A stretch of DNA of 229 bases from Escherichia coli (GTDB lineage Bacteria > Pseudomonadota > Gammaproteobacteria > Enterobacterales > Enterobacteriaceae), in the NCBI RefSeq assembly GCF_003334385.1, contig NZ_QOWN01000226.1; one strand, given 5' to 3'. The notes under the pieces were generated by a model. It saw nothing but the letters and a program-made list of their open reading frames with translations, had not been told where the DNA came from and did not search any database. Positions 1 through 229 of the stretch are shown piece after piece; position 1 is the first letter of the stretch; every line of letters starts with the position of its first letter. Position numbers and translations under genes: made by a program.

Positions 1-32
1 TAGTCACAAAAAGAAGAAAGTCAAATAATCAA

Positions 33-62
33 ATTGTGCTTAACTGTTTACATCAGCACAAT
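33..62. repeat. Perfect 8-bp inverted repeat ATTGTGCT-N14-AGCACAAT; candidate operator or RNA stem-loop, function unknown
   Basis: Read directly: 33-40 ATTGTGCT is the exact reverse complement of 55-62 AGCACAAT, with a 14-nt spacer at 41-54. I estimate chance occurrence of such a perfect 8-mer pair within about 20 nt in a window this size at under 10%. The stem has only 3 G:C pairs of 8. Confidence 0.55.
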
Positions 63-65
63 CTG

Positions 66-229
66 ATGACCATTGAAGGACGCACTAAATTATTTTCAGC
101 AACCCCTCAGTCTACGAAAATTCTGTATTTGATAATTGTTTTATTTGCTCTATTTTTATGCAGCCATTCTGTTGCTTATAAAAAAGCACCACTATCCGCG
201 CCCTCATCTCAATATCTTTGTCGCCGGAT
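66..229 (+). CDS. Hypothetical small protein, N-terminal 54 codons, 3' end beyond the window; single hydrophobic segment (possible signal peptide or membrane anchor). Start is uncertain: the frame is open from position 3, so the gene may begin upstream of the window.
   Basis: Frame 3 has no stop across 3-229. Using the window base composition I estimate roughly a 1% chance per frame of 75 stop-free codons, an approximation. ATG at 66-68 translates as MTIEGRTKLFSATPQSTK-ILYLIIVLFALFLC-SHSVAYKKAPLSAPSSQYLCRR. Third-position GC is the lowest of the three codon positions (about 28% versus 41% and 46%), as expected for coding sequence in AT-rich DNA. Against: no Shine-Dalgarno motif in the 15 nt before the ATG, the ATG lies in a possible stem, and the hydrophobicity could simply reflect the T-rich tract at 121-180. 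Confidence 0.35.
   Translation, partial: MTIEGRTKLFSATPQSTKILYLIIVLFALFLCSHSVAYKKAPLSAPSSQYLCRR
112..229 (-). CDS. Alternative model (excludes the + strand CDS): C-terminal 38 codons of a hypothetical protein on the - strand, stop TAG at complement of 112-114
   Basis: Minus-strand frame is open from the window edge to TAG (complement of 112-114), translating as ...SGDKDIEMRARIVVLFYKQQNGCIKIEQIKQLSNTEFS*. First codon positions are purine-rich (about 63%) and the - strand is the purine-rich, G>C strand. The stop is followed about 50 nt later by the 33-62 hairpin and a T-rich tract. Against: third-position GC (about 42%) is not the lowest position, and a 38-codon open stretch is only weakly significant (roughly 4% by composition). 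Confidence 0.2.
   Translation of the reverse strand, partial: SGDKDIEMRARIVVLFYKQQNGCIKIEQIKQLSNTEFS

Noticed and set aside
44-56. LexA (SOS) box-like CTG...CAG palindrome inside the spacer of the inverted repeat
   Set aside because: The arrangement is CTG-N7-CAG. The LexA consensus needs CTG-N10-CAG (CTGT-N8-ACAG), so the spacing is wrong.
35-60. CRP-like TGTG...CACA half-sites
   Set aside because: The half-sites are about 16 nt apart rather than the 6 nt of the CRP consensus TGTGA-N6-TCACA.
131-149. Fur box-like GATAAT hexamer
   Set aside because: Only the first hexamer matches the 19-bp Fur consensus; the remaining positions are T-rich without the ATTATC inverted half.
91-160. Intrinsic terminator on the + strand
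   Set aside because: The T-runs at 92-96 and 153-157 are not preceded by any GC-rich stem; no hairpin plus U-tract arrangement exists on the + strand.
147-161. Lipoprotein lipobox at LFLC in the + strand translation
   Set aside because: Residues at -2 (F) and -1 (L) do not fit the [LVI][ASTVI][GAS]C lipobox; the Cys is more likely just part of the hydrophobic core.
89-181. Frame-2 ORF of 31 codons preceded by an SD-like AAGGA (76-80)
   Set aside because: It has no ATG, GTG or TTG start at the right spacing and would need ATT initiation; it is also T-rich sequence that looks hydrophobic in any frame.
192-200. DnaA box-like CTATCCGCG
   Set aside because: About 6 of 9 matches to TTATCCACA, a single copy and no cluster; not credible as an origin or DnaA site.
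180-205. Terminator on the - strand at the TTTTTT run (complement of 180-185)
   Set aside because: The preceding sequence gives only a 4-bp stem with a G:U pair (GCGC...GTGC), too weak to call.
1-229. CRISPR repeats, tRNA or rRNA, insertion sequence ends
   Set aside because: No repeated 25-40 bp units, no cloverleaf-compatible segments, and no terminal inverted repeats with flanking direct repeats; the window is too short and shows none of these signatures.

Overview
This 229-bp window is AT-rich (82 G+C of 229, about 36%), with C well above G on the + strand (C 50, G 32; A 72, T 75). It is too short to hold a multi-gene system, and I do not recognise the locus, so no gene symbol is assigned and nothing novel can be claimed with confidence. 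Three things are supportable by eye. First, + strand frame 3 has no stop codon across the whole window (75 codons), and an ATG at 66-68 would begin a small protein with one hydrophobic segment. Second, a perfect 8-bp inverted repeat (33-40 / 55-62) overlaps a second 6-bp inverted repeat (51-56 / 63-68) that contains that ATG. Third, a competing reading puts the last 38 codons of a convergent gene on the - strand (stop at complement of 112-114), followed by the same hairpin and a T-rich tract. The two coding readings exclude each other and I cannot settle it from sequence alone; I slightly favour the + strand one. No rRNA, tRNA, CRISPR or mobile-element signature is visible.
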